The notes below the pieces were generated by a model. It did not search any database, was not told the DNA's origin, and saw nothing but the letters and a program-made list of their open reading frames with translations. The translations under genes and the position numbers were made by a program. DNA of 64,000 nucleotides from a virus. Taxonomy: Duplodnaviria > Caudoviricetes. The stretch spans positions 1 through 64,000 of IMG/VR virus record IMGVR_UViG_3300038679_000357; one strand, 5' to 3'. Numbering within the stretch: the first letter of the stretch is position 1; each line of letters starts with the position of its first letter. Below, piece after piece: positions 43,971-54,931 of the stretch.

Positions 43971-44055
43971 ACGCTCTCTCTTTTCTCATTTCAGTTTTGA
44001 AACAAGAAAAAATACCAGCAGTTATGATGCATTCAAGGTGAGAAAATGAAAAACA

Positions 44056-45366
44056 TCACAATATCTTTGATGCCAACTCAGCCAACTTACTTCTTTCCCC
44101 TTTGACTAGCTCAATGTGAGCATAAATATCTTGCCCTTTAAATTTATTGATCAAGTAAGAAAAACCATTCGATTCAGAGTCAAGGTATGGGTTATCAATC
44201 TGGTCAATATCTCCGGTCAACACAAGTTTTGTGCCATTCCCAGCACGAGTAATCAACGTTTTGACTTCATGAGGGGTAAGGTTCTGCGCTTCATCTACAA
44301 TCATGAAGCTATTGGCTATACTACGCCCACGAACGTAACTGAGCGGCGCAACGTCCAAATACTCAGACAATTCCAATGTAAGTGGAAGTTGTGTTTTTTT
44401 ACCTCGACGATCCGCCTCTCTGATAGCATCGAGTGCATCATATATTGGGCGCATCCATGGTGCCATTTTTTCATTAAGATCGCCTGGAAGGAACCCAACA
44501 TCCTTACCGACCGGAATTACAGGGCGAGTTATAGTTAATTTTCGCCCCTTAGTTTCTTCTGCGGAAAGAACGTAATGAAGACCGACAGCCATAGCAAGTA
44601 GAGTTTTACCGGTTCCTGCCTTTCCACGCAAAGTCACCACTCGAATTGATTCATCCTGAAGAGCGTCAAGAGCAAATATCTGCTCCATATTTCGCCCCTT
44701 TATCCCATAAAAGTTGGCGTTAAGATTACTGGTTATCCTATGAAGAGACAAACCATCAATACCAACACGAGCCAGACCAAAGTGAGATGAATCTACGTCG
44801 GACTGCATTCTAATGTAATGATTCGCAGGAAGTTTAGAATCGTATTGTACTTCTCCATCATTATGGACTGCATCAATAATGTCTTTCGACAAAACTATCT
44901 CAGAATATCCCTTATAGGAACCAATCTTCTGCCTATCTTTTTTGTAATCTTCAGCAGGAACATCAACGCCGTCAGCGCGTATTCTGAGGTTAATATCTTT
45001 AGTGACAACAACAGTTCGCAAACCACTACCTATTGCCATTTTATGCGCTGTCGTTAATAATTGATTGTCTACAATAGTGAGATCAAGTCCAAGACCATTT
45101 TTCATATGTTGAATGACGAATATCTTACCTCCATTATCCAGAGCGACGCCTTCTTTGAGATGTCCTTTTTCCCGCAATCCATCAAGATGTCTGGCAATAT
45201 TCCTGGCATTTGCTCCTATTTCGCCTGGATGAGTCTTGAATTTGTCCAACTCCTCAAGAACCGACACCAAAATATAGACATTATTATCTTCAAAAGCGAA
45301 GATCGAATACGGGTCGTGAAGGAGAACGTTTGTGTCAATGAGGTAGTTCTTTATTTTCCCACTCAT
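44056..45366 (-). CDS. phoH: PIN-PhoH (PhoH2) protein
   Basis: DTNVLL PIN motif, GKAGTGKT, GFLPG, RGRS, DEAQN, GDIDQID. Confidence 0.95.
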   Translation of the reverse strand: MSGKIKNYLIDTNVLLHDPYSIFAFEDNNVYILVSVLEELDKFKTHPGEIGANARNIARHLDGLREKGHLKEGVALDNGGKIFVIQHMKNGLGLDLTIVDNQLLTTAHKMAIGSGLRTVVVTKDINLRIRADGVDVPAEDYKKDRQKIGSYKGYSEIVLSKDIIDAVHNDGEVQYDSKLPANHYIRMQSDVDSSHFGLARVGIDGLSLHRITSNLNANFYGIKGRNMEQIFALDALQDESIRVVTLRGKAGTGKTLLAMAVGLHYVLSAEETKGRKLTITRPVIPVGKDVGFLPGDLNEKMAPWMRPIYDALDAIREADRRGKKTQLPLTLELSEYLDVAPLSYVRGRSIANSFMIVDEAQNLTPHEVKTLITRAGNGTKLVLTGDIDQIDNPYLDSESNGFSYLINKFKGQDIYAHIELVKGERSKLAELASKIL

Positions 45367-45421
45367 GAAAAAATCCTTGGTTGATTGGTTCGCCTTTGAT
45401 CCCTAAAAAGAATGATTATCA

Positions 45422-45775
45422 TCACTCTTCTTCGTCATCGTCCTGCTCTTCATCCTCGTCTGTATCGTCCGGCGAATCACCTCCCTCATCCTCCATGAAT
45501 ACATCCATATCATCTTGAAAATCAAAGTCATCATCGTGAGAAAAATCAGTTTCAACGAGCCGTTCGAGAGCCATTCTTTCCATTTCCGAATCGGTGTTAT
45601 AGATTTTCATCGGTCTACCGGCATTATCGTAGGCATACAAACAAAAACAACCGAAAATCTCAGACAATCTTGAAGCAACATCCTTCACCATGTCAAAGGG
45701 AACAATAACTGGGGTTTCACTTGACTGATTGTCAGTATCGTATGTGACCCCTTTTTTAAGGGCATATCTGGACAT
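45422..45775 (-). CDS. hypothetical protein with acidic tail
   Basis: 117 aa, GGAGG SD. Confidence 0.7.
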   Translation of the reverse strand: MSRYALKKGVTYDTDNQSSETPVIVPFDMVKDVASRLSEIFGCFCLYAYDNAGRPMKIYNTDSEMERMALERLVETDFSHDDDFDFQDDMDVFMEDEGGDSPDDTDEDEEQDDDEEE

Positions 45776-45817
45776 ATCGTTCCTCCCTTTCGCGTGGCGG
45801 GCTACACCGTCATTATT

Positions 45818-46927
45818 CTAAATGTTGCCATCATGTCCCTTTTGCTTTCTTCTCAACATTTCAGCAACGCGCTCGTTAAACTTTTCCAATTTTGAATGTT
45901 TCGCAGCCTTGATGACATCGACATATTCTCCTGGCTGCATCTTCGGAATGTCAATCTTTACTGTAACAATTTGATCTCCTCGACAACACCCAGGCACAGA
46001 GGAGCCAGTTTCCAAGCCCATTCCGTTCATCCTCAAGCATGTTCCATCAAGAGTGCCAGGTGAAATGTTGATCTCAGCCGCTCCGTCAAGAGTAGGTATT
46101 TTAATGCGTCCACCGCATGCCGCTGTCGGAAAATCTATCCATAAATCACACTTAATGTTCACTCCATCAACCGAAAACAAGCCATCATCAACGGCAACGA
46201 TTTTACAATATAAATCCCCATATTTCCTACTTCTTTGGTCATAATTCCCCTCCCCCTTTGCTTCAAACAAAAGAGAGTTACCTATATGCCCATTTTTTTC
46301 AAAAAGCATAGTACGTCGGTTTTGCACGGTACCAGTGCCACTGCACTCACCGCATGTTGTTTTATTTCTAATTTTTCCATACCCATGACAATGAACACAA
46401 TTAGATCTAATCACGTTCATTGTACTGCACATTGGACATGGAACAATCGCCCCCATTGATCCCCCCAATCCATCGCAAATAGCACATTTTTTCAAAGTCG
46501 AAATCATGCAGTTAAACTTTTTCTGAGCGTAAAACTGCGTCACAGATATGAAAAATTTTACGTCCGTAGGCGGAGCATGAAGCGAAAACGGTGGTTCACT
46601 AGCATTAATTGGTGAATTATAAAAGACGTTAAATGGAGCACCCGTTGTGGTTCCCATATTGTAAAAATTACCAGCATTGCCAGCGTTAAATTTGACATAA
46701 AAATTTCTCCCATGCAACTCTCTATCGTAAGCAGTTCTTTTATTCTGATCAGAAAGGATATCGTATGCATGCGTGATTTCTTTGAACCTGGACTCAGCTT
46801 GAGCCTTGTCCGCCTCGCACTTTATTGTATCAGGATGACATTGCTTCGCAAGAACTTTGAAGGCAGCGCGAATATCGTCCGCTGTTGCGTTTTCGTTCAC
46901 GCCTAATATTTTATACAGATTTTCCAT
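45818..46927 (-). CDS. dnaJ: DnaJ chaperone
   Basis: J domain HPD, CxxCxGxG repeats, C-terminal domain. Confidence 0.9.
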   Translation of the reverse strand: MENLYKILGVNENATADDIRAAFKVLAKQCHPDTIKCEADKAQAESRFKEITHAYDILSDQNKRTAYDRELHGRNFYVKFNAGNAGNFYNMGTTTGAPFNVFYNSPINASEPPFSLHAPPTDVKFFISVTQFYAQKKFNCMISTLKKCAICDGLGGSMGAIVPCPMCSTMNVIRSNCVHCHGYGKIRNKTTCGECSGTGTVQNRRTMLFEKNGHIGNSLLFEAKGEGNYDQRSRKYGDLYCKIVAVDDGLFSVDGVNIKCDLWIDFPTAACGGRIKIPTLDGAAEINISPGTLDGTCLRMNGMGLETGSSVPGCCRGDQIVTVKIDIPKMQPGEYVDVIKAAKHSKLEKFNERVAEMLRRKQKGHDGNI

Positions 46928-46980
46928 GGTGTCCTAATATATCGACGATATATTGAAAAAAACGCACAAGGAATAAAAAA

Positions 46981-48675
46981 ATGTGGACGCAAAGATTATA
47001 CAACGCCGAACTCGCTCAAAAACTAACCAAAGAAGGGGTTCTTGAATCGTTTGCAACCATAATCGCCGGAAGAGATAATGGCATTGTCGAAAAAACCGAC
47101 ATTGGCAAATACGCGGCAAAAAACCTAAAAGACATCGACAAGCCATATAATACGGCTGGGATGGAAAAAGCTGTCAAAATCGTCAAAAAAACAGCAACCA
47201 ATGCAAAATGCGCTGTCATCTTTGGAGATTATGACGTTGACGGGATTACATCATCAGTGATCTGCACAAAGATGCTGTTTGAGCTAGGATTTGAAAGAAT
47301 TGTCACCTATCTCCCAAATCGCATTGATGATGGATATGGCTTAAATGACGCTTCTATAAAAAATTTCATCAACAAGATAAATGCAGTCGCTGCAGTTCCT
47401 GAGCTTATTATGATCCTCGACTGCGGAACTTCCAGCGAAAAGCAAATTCGCGTCTTAAAATCGACGTGGAATGTTCCCATCATTGTGGTGGACCATCATA
47501 TTATTGAAGAGGCTGATTTCTCAAAATCTGCCGACGCTGTCGTAAACTACAGGTTAAATGATAGCCACCCATTTTGTACTGCTGGCTCTATGTATCAGTT
47601 TGCAAGAGCTGCGTTAAAACCTTTCGACTCGCAAAAATACATCATGCATGCTGCAATTGGCACAGTAGCAGATGTATGTATGATGCAAGGATCAAATCGC
47701 ATTATTGTACATAATGGAATCGCCGTCTTAAAGAATACAGATGATTGCGGACTGAGTTCGCTACTTTCAGCATGCAATATCAATCGAAGTAAAATTGACG
47801 AAGACACTATTGGTTTCTCTATCGCACCAGTGCTGAACGCCGCCGGACGACTTGCAGACCCAATGGTCGCATACGAACTATTGACATGTATAGACTCAGC
47901 CGATGCGAACAGGCTTTCATATGACCTCGTAGCAACCAATGAGCGTCGTAAAGATCTTCAACGAGAAATTATCAAATCTGTCGAATATAGCATAAAAGAT
48001 CAAATGAAGGGGAAGGATAGCATTGTTGCGATTGGAGATTGGCATGGTGGTATTGTTGGTATTGTTGCTGGTCAGTTAGCGGAAAAACATAACGTACCAG
48101 TGATTTGCTTCGGACGCGACGAAAACGGTCGAATCACCGGCAGCGGAAGATCCAAGACAGGAATACACATTAAAAAAGCAATGGATAATTGCTCCGAGCT
48201 ATTCTCCAGATACGGAGGACACGAACAAGCGGCTGGAGCGACATTGAAGCCAGAGTGTATTGATACTGCGTGGGATTTGTTTGATGCCGCCGTAAAGAAA
48301 CAGATTTCCGAGAACAAAATTGAGAAAACCGGTACTCCGTATGATGTGAAAATTGATATTTCGCAATTCAGGATGATCAATACGTCTTTCTGTGAGAGAC
48401 TGGCGATGATCGGTCCGTTTGGGCAAGAGAATAGAAAGCCTATTTTCAGAGTTGACGGAATTACGTGTAAGTCAGCTTATGCTTGGTCCAGCAACAAAGG
48501 CGGAGGTGTCGTTTTCCAAGAGAACGATATAGATTCATTCGCCATGGTTCCAGACGTCGACAAAATTCTTGGCGGAAAGAGAGTTGATATATTGTTTACC
48601 ATAGAACGATCGTTCAAGGATTCAATTGAATGGTCAATTAAGGTGCAGAACGCAAGATTGGCGGGCGCAGGCTGA
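46981..48675 (+). CDS. recJ: RecJ ssDNA exonuclease
   Basis: GDYDVDG, LDCG, DHH, IGTVAD, NAAGRL, GSGRS, GGHEQAAG. Confidence 0.92.
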   Translation: MWTQRLYNAELAQKLTKEGVLESFATIIAGRDNGIVEKTDIGKYAAKNLKDIDKPYNTAGMEKAVKIVKKTATNAKCAVIFGDYDVDGITSSVICTKMLFELGFERIVTYLPNRIDDGYGLNDASIKNFINKINAVAAVPELIMILDCGTSSEKQIRVLKSTWNVPIIVVDHHIIEEADFSKSADAVVNYRLNDSHPFCTAGSMYQFARAALKPFDSQKYIMHAAIGTVADVCMMQGSNRIIVHNGIAVLKNTDDCGLSSLLSACNINRSKIDEDTIGFSIAPVLNAAGRLADPMVAYELLTCIDSADANRLSYDLVATNERRKDLQREIIKSVEYSIKDQMKGKDSIVAIGDWHGGIVGIVAGQLAEKHNVPVICFGRDENGRITGSGRSKTGIHIKKAMDNCSELFSRYGGHEQAAGATLKPECIDTAWDLFDAAVKKQISENKIEKTGTPYDVKIDISQFRMINTSFCERLAMIGPFGQENRKPIFRVDGITCKSAYAWSSNKGGGVVFQENDIDSFAMVPDVDKILGGKRVDILFTIERSFKDSIEWSIKVQNARLAGAG

Positions 48676-48676
48676 T

Positions 48677-49591
48677 TCAGTTCGAGAATGCCTGATCATA
48701 AAACGCCTGAGAGTTTCTTTCCATGCGTCCAACAATACCGCGATTGTTGACTTTTTTGCCTTTATTTACTAAGTCTCGTGTCTTAATGTACTCACGATGA
48801 TTAAGGTATTCTTCCGATGCATCTTCCCATTGTCTGGCATTCATCAGCGCAATGGTTTTGGGACCTAAGTCACCACGGAAAAGAGCGTCAATAATAGCGT
48901 TTTTTGTCTGTTGCCTGAGACCTTGGAAGTCATGTATTCTCCTATTGGCAATTGCCAATTTTGATTGGACATCTTCCGTAAACAGGGCGATTTCCTGGTC
49001 TCTGGTCAGCTTCTGCTTTTTAGACAATATGGCGTTATAGTCCACTGAATCGCCAAATAACCGTTCAAAGATAGCGCGACTTCGATCGGTCAGCAAGTGT
49101 CCAATGCCGATTGTTGGAAGTCCATACGAATCGTTGTACACCTGTCCATGTCCAGTTCCTTCATTACTGGATATGTAGTTAAATAATGAGGTGTAATCAA
49201 TATTCCCAGAAGATGGCAGAGCTGGGGTTGTAGGCGTCGCTGTAGTTTCTTTCTTTTCAGATGGAACATCAAGCGATTTCCAATCCAACTTTTCGTCTTC
49301 AATTAAAGATTCAAGCTCTTTCACATTTATCGGCTTTGAGGAAGTTACTGAATCAGACACTCTTTCGACCACTTCCGCCCATTTTGCACCACTATATCCG
49401 GCAATAGCCAATGCGGAAATCACTGCGCTAACAGCGATCCCAGATTTAATTGCCTTAACAATAGCGTCAACGACTGACTTCCATCCCTTTGCCGAATACC
49501 TGCAAACGAATAGCTCCCTGGAAAATGATTCCAGGGAGCTGTGCTTATTGTAGCTGTTCAGCCAACAGCCCACGACATCCTCAGTATACAA
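48677..49591 (-). CDS. GH24-type lysozyme domain protein
   Basis: NEG..YNDSYGLPTIGIGH; N-terminal hydrophobic segment. Confidence 0.8.
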   Translation of the reverse strand: MYTEDVVGCWLNSYNKHSSLESFSRELFVCRYSAKGWKSVVDAIVKAIKSGIAVSAVISALAIAGYSGAKWAEVVERVSDSVTSSKPINVKELESLIEDEKLDWKSLDVPSEKKETTATPTTPALPSSGNIDYTSLFNYISSNEGTGHGQVYNDSYGLPTIGIGHLLTDRSRAIFERLFGDSVDYNAILSKKQKLTRDQEIALFTEDVQSKLAIANRRIHDFQGLRQQTKNAIIDALFRGDLGPKTIALMNARQWEDASEEYLNHREYIKTRDLVNKGKKVNNRGIVGRMERNSQAFYDQAFSN

Positions 49592-49880
49592 CAGTAGATG
49601 ACGCGGCTTCGACCACCTTACGGGGAGTCTTCTTCTGAAGACCGATCATATGCTGGTTGAACCAGTTTCCCTGATTATTGACCTTGACGACTCCGCCAAC
49701 AGTCAACGTTTCATTGGAATACTGCATCACGCCAGACTTGGTTACATCACCAACAACAACCTTGGCTGCAACGGATTTTACGTCTTCCAAGGTCGCTTTT
49801 GCCTGAGCGGCAGAAGAGGAGAAGTTAAACTTCTTGTCGTCCGCATAATCAGCCATAGCTGCAAGAGTTTCAAAAATCAT
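49581..49880 (-). CDS. hypothetical protein
   Basis: 99 aa, GGAGG SD. Confidence 0.6.
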   Translation of the reverse strand: MIFETLAAMADYADDKKFNFSSSAAQAKATLEDVKSVAAKVVVGDVTKSGVMQYSNETLTVGGVVKVNNQGNWFNQHMIGLQKKTPRKVVEAASSTVVY

Positions 49881-49967
49881 GGATACCCTCCATTGTTTTC
49901 ACTTCGACATATGGTCAAAAACCATCAAGAAAGATCTTCTACAATCGACCTTCGGAATCCTCTTTTC

Positions 49968-50708
49968 TTAAACTTCACGCACAGAAACCCACTTTACCAG
50001 GTCTCGTATTGCTGCCGCCCACTCCAACATCCCCTCATACGAAACAACGAATAATTGATTGGACATTTCCGGGTCAAATGTTTGGTGCAACGTATAATAC
50101 TGCAATACATACGGATAATCACGACCAATCAAACCAGCAACCTCTTTAATCACATTAAAATCAACAAATTTCGAACAACATGTCGTTCTAAACTCGCAGG
50201 CTAAAGCACTCTTAGCGACTTCCATAGACGACAGAATTTTTTCTACGACTTTTACGTCTCCAGTCCCGCACACCTGCATATATTTTTCAATCGATGATGG
50301 CGAAGTCTTAATGTCCATAACGATATGATCAACCAAACCATCCGTTACCACTTCGCGCAATCTTTCTGGAAAAGTCCCATTTGTTGCTAGGGCGACTTTC
50401 ATTTTTCTAGCTTTGATTTCTTGCAAGAGATTTGGCGTATTAACATTTGAAAGAGGTTCGCCACCGGAGACAAATAACCATTTTTCCATAGCGGCAAAAT
50501 GCTCGTTAACAATAGCGATAGCATCCAGACGCCCGAGTCCATCTCCTATAATAGCTCGATTAATACAATATGGGCATCGAAGATTACATCCGCCAATAAA
50601 TATCCCAGGCATGGTTATCGTTGGATTACCGATCATGGCAATCGGCGTAACACCAGCCACGGGTGGCATGTGTCCATTACCGTATTTTTTTAGCAGCTCT
50701 GTCGACAT
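49968..50708 (-). CDS. radical SAM, anaerobic RNR-activase-like
   Basis: GCNLRCPYCIN, SGGEPL, TNGT, MDIK, EFRTT. Confidence 0.85.
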   Translation of the reverse strand: MSTELLKKYGNGHMPPVAGVTPIAMIGNPTITMPGIFIGGCNLRCPYCINRAIIGDGLGRLDAIAIVNEHFAAMEKWLFVSGGEPLSNVNTPNLLQEIKARKMKVALATNGTFPERLREVVTDGLVDHIVMDIKTSPSSIEKYMQVCGTGDVKVVEKILSSMEVAKSALACEFRTTCCSKFVDFNVIKEVAGLIGRDYPYVLQYYTLHQTFDPEMSNQLFVVSYEGMLEWAAAIRDLVKWVSVREV

Positions 50709-50955
50709 CTTTTTCCTCATACCCCTTCTTAAAAACAATTCCACTCACAAAAAACGACGGTAGATCATCCAGTCCATACGCTTCTGCAAGTTTAGACGCC
50801 TCGTCTGGATCATGTTCATACACTACCTCTATAAACGAAATACTGATCTTCCTGTTTGCAAAGTCAGAAGTCAAACGAGATTTCAACTCGCCACACTCTT
50901 TACAGCCATCAGATATGATCCCGACGGCATTAACATATCTCACGCTATCATTCAT
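50677..50955 (-). CDS. thioredoxin/glutaredoxin-like protein
   Basis: GCKEC, LPSF. Confidence 0.65.
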   Translation of the reverse strand: MNDSVRYVNAVGIISDGCKECGELKSRLTSDFANRKISISFIEVVYEHDPDEASKLAEAYGLDDLPSFFVSGIVFKKGYEEKDVDRAAKKIR

Positions 50956-51193
50956 GCTGAATCTGCACCTTTAATCCACGCCATCTGTCATACAGCGCTG
51001 CTACCTTACTAAGCTCTTTTGCCTTATCCATTCCCGGCTTATAAGAATAATGTCCTTCTGGAAGTGAAAATTGACAGTCACGTCCATTCAAATCAAGATC
51101 AAACACTATCGACATTTTCACTTCATCGAAGTAAACTCTCTTTAAAATACCCTCAGCAGAAGTTGAAGGTTTATTTTCCGACATCCAAATCAC
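50948..51193 (-). CDS. hypothetical protein
   Basis: 81 aa ORF. Confidence 0.55.
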   Translation of the reverse strand: MIWMSENKPSTSAEGILKRVYFDEVKMSIVFDLDLNGRDCQFSLPEGHYSYKPGMDKAKELSKVAALYDRWRGLKVQIQHE

Positions 51194-51929
51194 CCATCAA
51201 TGCGCGTTCAAACTTTTCCAAATAATCCTCTGCCTGCTCCTTTGTGCAAGCAAGGAAAAATGTAGACAAAGTAGAAAGGCGATCTTCTCCAAGATACTTA
51301 GCAAGTGCCCAATCATGAATCGTTCGATAATTGTACCGCTTGTCGATCTTGGCTTGATCATAACCGTAAACGACCATATCAATAGTGTCAAGCTGACTAA
51401 ATAAGTCGTCAATCGTTTCCTTCGAAGGAACACCTGCCGGATTAACAACATGACGACACTGTACATTCAATGGCAACGACTTCTTTTCAAATCCAGTCGC
51501 TTCAATAAACCGCGTCACACGCTTCTCATACGCCTCTTGACTCCATTGCCCGTAGACTCGGCAATTCAATGGTCGATCATCATACTCCATGCATCCTGGA
51601 AGACCATCTACACCTCGTCCGAGAAGAGGACATGGATTAACCATGCTGTTACTAAAGAAATAACGCATGCACTTGACGATAAATTTCTTTCTATCCATAT
51701 CAAGCCATGAAGACCAGATCTTATCCAGAATAGTGGCTGCTTCGCATTGATTCATTTGAGGACACGCCACCATACAGCATGTGCATTGGCGACAACAAGT
51801 CGTGTCAAGTGGAGAAGATCCATATACAGCTTGAATCTTCTGTCGCATTGTCACGACTTTACCAGAAGATTTCCGCACAGTTTTATGAACTTTTCGACTA
51901 ACGATCTTCCTCTTCCTACTTTTTGCCAT
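51171..51929 (-). CDS. YkgJ-like Cys-cluster protein
   Basis: CCRQCTCC, CPLL, CMEYDDRPLNCRVY. Confidence 0.75.
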   Translation of the reverse strand: MAKSRKRKIVSRKVHKTVRKSSGKVVTMRQKIQAVYGSSPLDTTCCRQCTCCMVACPQMNQCEAATILDKIWSSWLDMDRKKFIVKCMRYFFSNSMVNPCPLLGRGVDGLPGCMEYDDRPLNCRVYGQWSQEAYEKRVTRFIEATGFEKKSLPLNVQCRHVVNPAGVPSKETIDDLFSQLDTIDMVVYGYDQAKIDKRYNYRTIHDWALAKYLGEDRLSTLSTFFLACTKEQAEDYLEKFERALMGDLDVGK

Positions 51930-51955
51930 AGCCGTCCTCTCTTTGTTTTCAACAA

Positions 51956-52558
51956 TTATACAACGCGCTTAATGCGTTTGACGGTTGGCTTTGGGCAAAA
52001 ATCTTCACTCTGACTTTTTTCATTTTGCTTCGCTTTTTCTTTTTCTTCCGCTAGTTTTTTCTCTTCATCCTTGAGTGAAGCACGTTTATTAAAGTCTTCT
52101 TTTGCATCATCAACAAGAGACTGATATTTGTTTTTTGCCTTATTAACCGTATTGTCTAACGAATACTCGTCTTCTTCAAGTACCTCGTCATCAGCACTCG
52201 CTTTGATATCATTATAAATTTCAAGTGCAACGGTATAATCATCACAATTGTCCGACATCAATATTTCATTCAAAAAACAATGGTATTCATTTTCTTTCAT
52301 CATTTCCTTAATACGAGAAAGCATGATTCTGACGCATTTTTCCCTATACGGGAACAAAGCATCTCGAATCGCGCCAGAAAGATTGCATTTAGGCATGGGC
52401 TCCGGGTCGACAGCGCTAACGATCATATTAATTGAATCATCAATAATAGTATCGCAATTTTCCATCCAGGAAATAAAATCGTAATCCTCCTGCGTTGTTT
52501 TCAATTCATTAAATTTCGCAGTAACGATCGACATCATATTTTTACTTTTTTCCGACAT
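51956..52558 (-). CDS. hypothetical protein
   Basis: 200 aa ORF. Confidence 0.7.
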   Translation of the reverse strand: MSEKSKNMMSIVTAKFNELKTTQEDYDFISWMENCDTIIDDSINMIVSAVDPEPMPKCNLSGAIRDALFPYREKCVRIMLSRIKEMMKENEYHCFLNEILMSDNCDDYTVALEIYNDIKASADDEVLEEDEYSLDNTVNKAKNKYQSLVDDAKEDFNKRASLKDEEKKLAEEKEKAKQNEKSQSEDFCPKPTVKRIKRVV

Positions 52559-52561
52559 TTC

Positions 52562-54931
52562 TCACCTCAGTTGTTTGATATTGCTAATGCCATCGATCTT
52601 ATCGACCAAAAGCGAAACGGGGAATCTCTCTTTCAATGTTTCGTCGTGGGTGATGACGCATATTCTCTCGAAATTTCGATTCAGCCGGTCAAGCAGCTTG
52701 AATACATTGTCCTTGGTGCTGATATCCAATGAAGCAAACACTTCATCAAGGAATATCATATCTGGGATATCTGATGCGCCGCCAATAGATAACATACTCA
52801 ATGCCATATTTACCGACAGACGCACCGCTTCTTTTTCACCGCCGCTTAATAAACCAAACACCGGGGCAGACCCGCCAATTAAACTAATTGCCAAGCCAGA
52901 ATCGCCACTGAACTGCATTCTGATCGTACTTTTTAATACAGCAAGAAATTCATTCGTGTAAAGTGTAATCAAAGGGATACACGACTCGGCAGATTCAACT
53001 TTGATTTTGTTGGAAAGGAGTTTATCAAAATACATGATCTGCGCCATCTTTTTTGAAAGACGATTAGACTCTTCCTGTGCCGCCTTTAAGTCAGCTTCAT
53101 CTTTTCCAATTGACGCCAATCTTTCATCCGCCTTAATGATACTAGACTGCAATGACAATCGCTCCGAATCACATCCAGCCGCTTCCGACTGCACAGAAGA
53201 TACTCTGGAATTAATTTCCTCAACCTTCTTAGTTGCCTTAACGATATCTGCGTTGGCTGCTTCTAAAGATTTATCAAGAGATTGCTTTTCAATGTCGAAC
53301 GTCCTGGATTTATTAATGATCTCCAGGCGCACTGCCTCAACATCCTGCTGAGCTGATGATTTAGATAAAATTACCGCCATTTCACGCTCTTTTATATTTG
53401 CCGCCTCCTTTTTACAAAACTCCACATCAAACACGGCAGCCTTCACGCGCTCTTCATCCGCAGCGATCACAGGTTCATCAGATAACTTTGATTCAAATGC
53501 GATCAACTTATCTTGCACATGCTTCAATGACGCTTCTGCGGCGCGATATCGGGTATCGATATCTGGTTTTTTACCAACCCACTCGGCAATCTTCAATGCA
53601 ATAGCCTTTTCTTCGTCTTCTAAGGCAGTAGAATTCAATTCAGAGCCACATTTATCGCAAGTGACGGCTGTATCAGGCTTGGCTCCAGATTTAAGCGCCT
53701 TGATGTTCGTTAGCCTTGTTTCAAGCTCGGCGATCTTAGCTTTTACTTCTGCAGCGTCTGACTTTATCGAAAAAATCGTTTCTTTAAGTGAGTCAGCAGA
53801 TTTTTTCAAATCTACAGTCGATTCTTTAGCTGCTGTTACAACATCTTTACGAGATTTAATAGAAGCGTTGGTGATTTTTTCTATTACAGAAAGAGACTTT
53901 GAATATCTCTCCTGAAATTCCTTTTTCGTCTTTTCAATGCCAGAAATCTCATTCTCAATCTTCGTTAGCGCCTCTGTATTTTTATCAAGACGCTTCTTTG
54001 CGTCTTCAATAGCCTTCTCCATATTTTCTTTATTGACTTTGATCTTTTCTTTGACCATCAATAATTTTGACGAAGCCTCTTGAGATTCCTTCAACAAACC
54101 ATCGCGCTCCATCAATAGAGAGGTATATCTAGTGTTGATGTCGATCAACTTTTTAGAAAGAGCATCCATAGCGATTGCGGCATCCATCTTCTGCTTTCTA
54201 ATAACGTCAGGAGACGCCGTACTCATTCTTGAAAGGAATACATCTAATCTGCCATTGTTGACTTTTTGACTGTCCGAAGTTTCCTTTTTCCAAACATCGC
54301 GAAGAACCTTAATCATATCATCAATGACATTAACGCCGCGCAAGTCCATTAAAATATCCTTTCGGTCATTATCTGTACCTGAAAGGAATTTGCCGATGTT
54401 ATTCTGCGCAAAGAAAGTGCTATTCAAAAATGACTGATAATCGACTCCGATTAACTTCTCCAAACGTCTTTTATGATCTTCTTTGTTGCCAGACTCAAGC
54501 AACTCTTCCGATCCAACTTTCACGACCTCCATAATGGGAGACATTTTTCCAGATTTTGCGATATTACGCCCGCGCTTCAGTCGCCAGTGCTCACCATCTT
54601 TTGACTCAAAAATGACCTCAACATAAGCATCTCGAATATCGCTTGGAATTGTTCCATCCTCATTACACCGAACAATTTCAGAAACAACAGTCCCTTTTCG
54701 ATCTGAACTTCCCTCCGCCATAATACGAGGAAGTTTTTCAAAAAAAGCCCAATAAATCGCCTCGCCAACGGAAGATTTACCAGCACCATTTGACTTTCGC
54801 GTATCGCCGTCTGTCGCTCCAGAAATCATCGCAATAGAAGAACCATTAGTAAATAAAGAGTCGAAATCAATGAAGTTATTTTCATTACCAAATCGAAAAA
54901 CGTTGTGCAATTTTACTGAAATAATTCTCAT
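52562..54931 (-). CDS. sbcC: SbcC/Rad50-like ATPase
   Basis: NGAGKS, FAQ, coiled coil with CDKC hook, LSGGEK, FLDE, ITHD. Confidence 0.92.
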   Translation of the reverse strand: MRIISVKLHNVFRFGNENNFIDFDSLFTNGSSIAMISGATDGDTRKSNGAGKSSVGEAIYWAFFEKLPRIMAEGSSDRKGTVVSEIVRCNEDGTIPSDIRDAYVEVIFESKDGEHWRLKRGRNIAKSGKMSPIMEVVKVGSEELLESGNKEDHKRRLEKLIGVDYQSFLNSTFFAQNNIGKFLSGTDNDRKDILMDLRGVNVIDDMIKVLRDVWKKETSDSQKVNNGRLDVFLSRMSTASPDVIRKQKMDAAIAMDALSKKLIDINTRYTSLLMERDGLLKESQEASSKLLMVKEKIKVNKENMEKAIEDAKKRLDKNTEALTKIENEISGIEKTKKEFQERYSKSLSVIEKITNASIKSRKDVVTAAKESTVDLKKSADSLKETIFSIKSDAAEVKAKIAELETRLTNIKALKSGAKPDTAVTCDKCGSELNSTALEDEEKAIALKIAEWVGKKPDIDTRYRAAEASLKHVQDKLIAFESKLSDEPVIAADEERVKAAVFDVEFCKKEAANIKEREMAVILSKSSAQQDVEAVRLEIINKSRTFDIEKQSLDKSLEAANADIVKATKKVEEINSRVSSVQSEAAGCDSERLSLQSSIIKADERLASIGKDEADLKAAQEESNRLSKKMAQIMYFDKLLSNKIKVESAESCIPLITLYTNEFLAVLKSTIRMQFSGDSGLAISLIGGSAPVFGLLSGGEKEAVRLSVNMALSMLSIGGASDIPDMIFLDEVFASLDISTKDNVFKLLDRLNRNFERICVITHDETLKERFPVSLLVDKIDGISNIKQLR

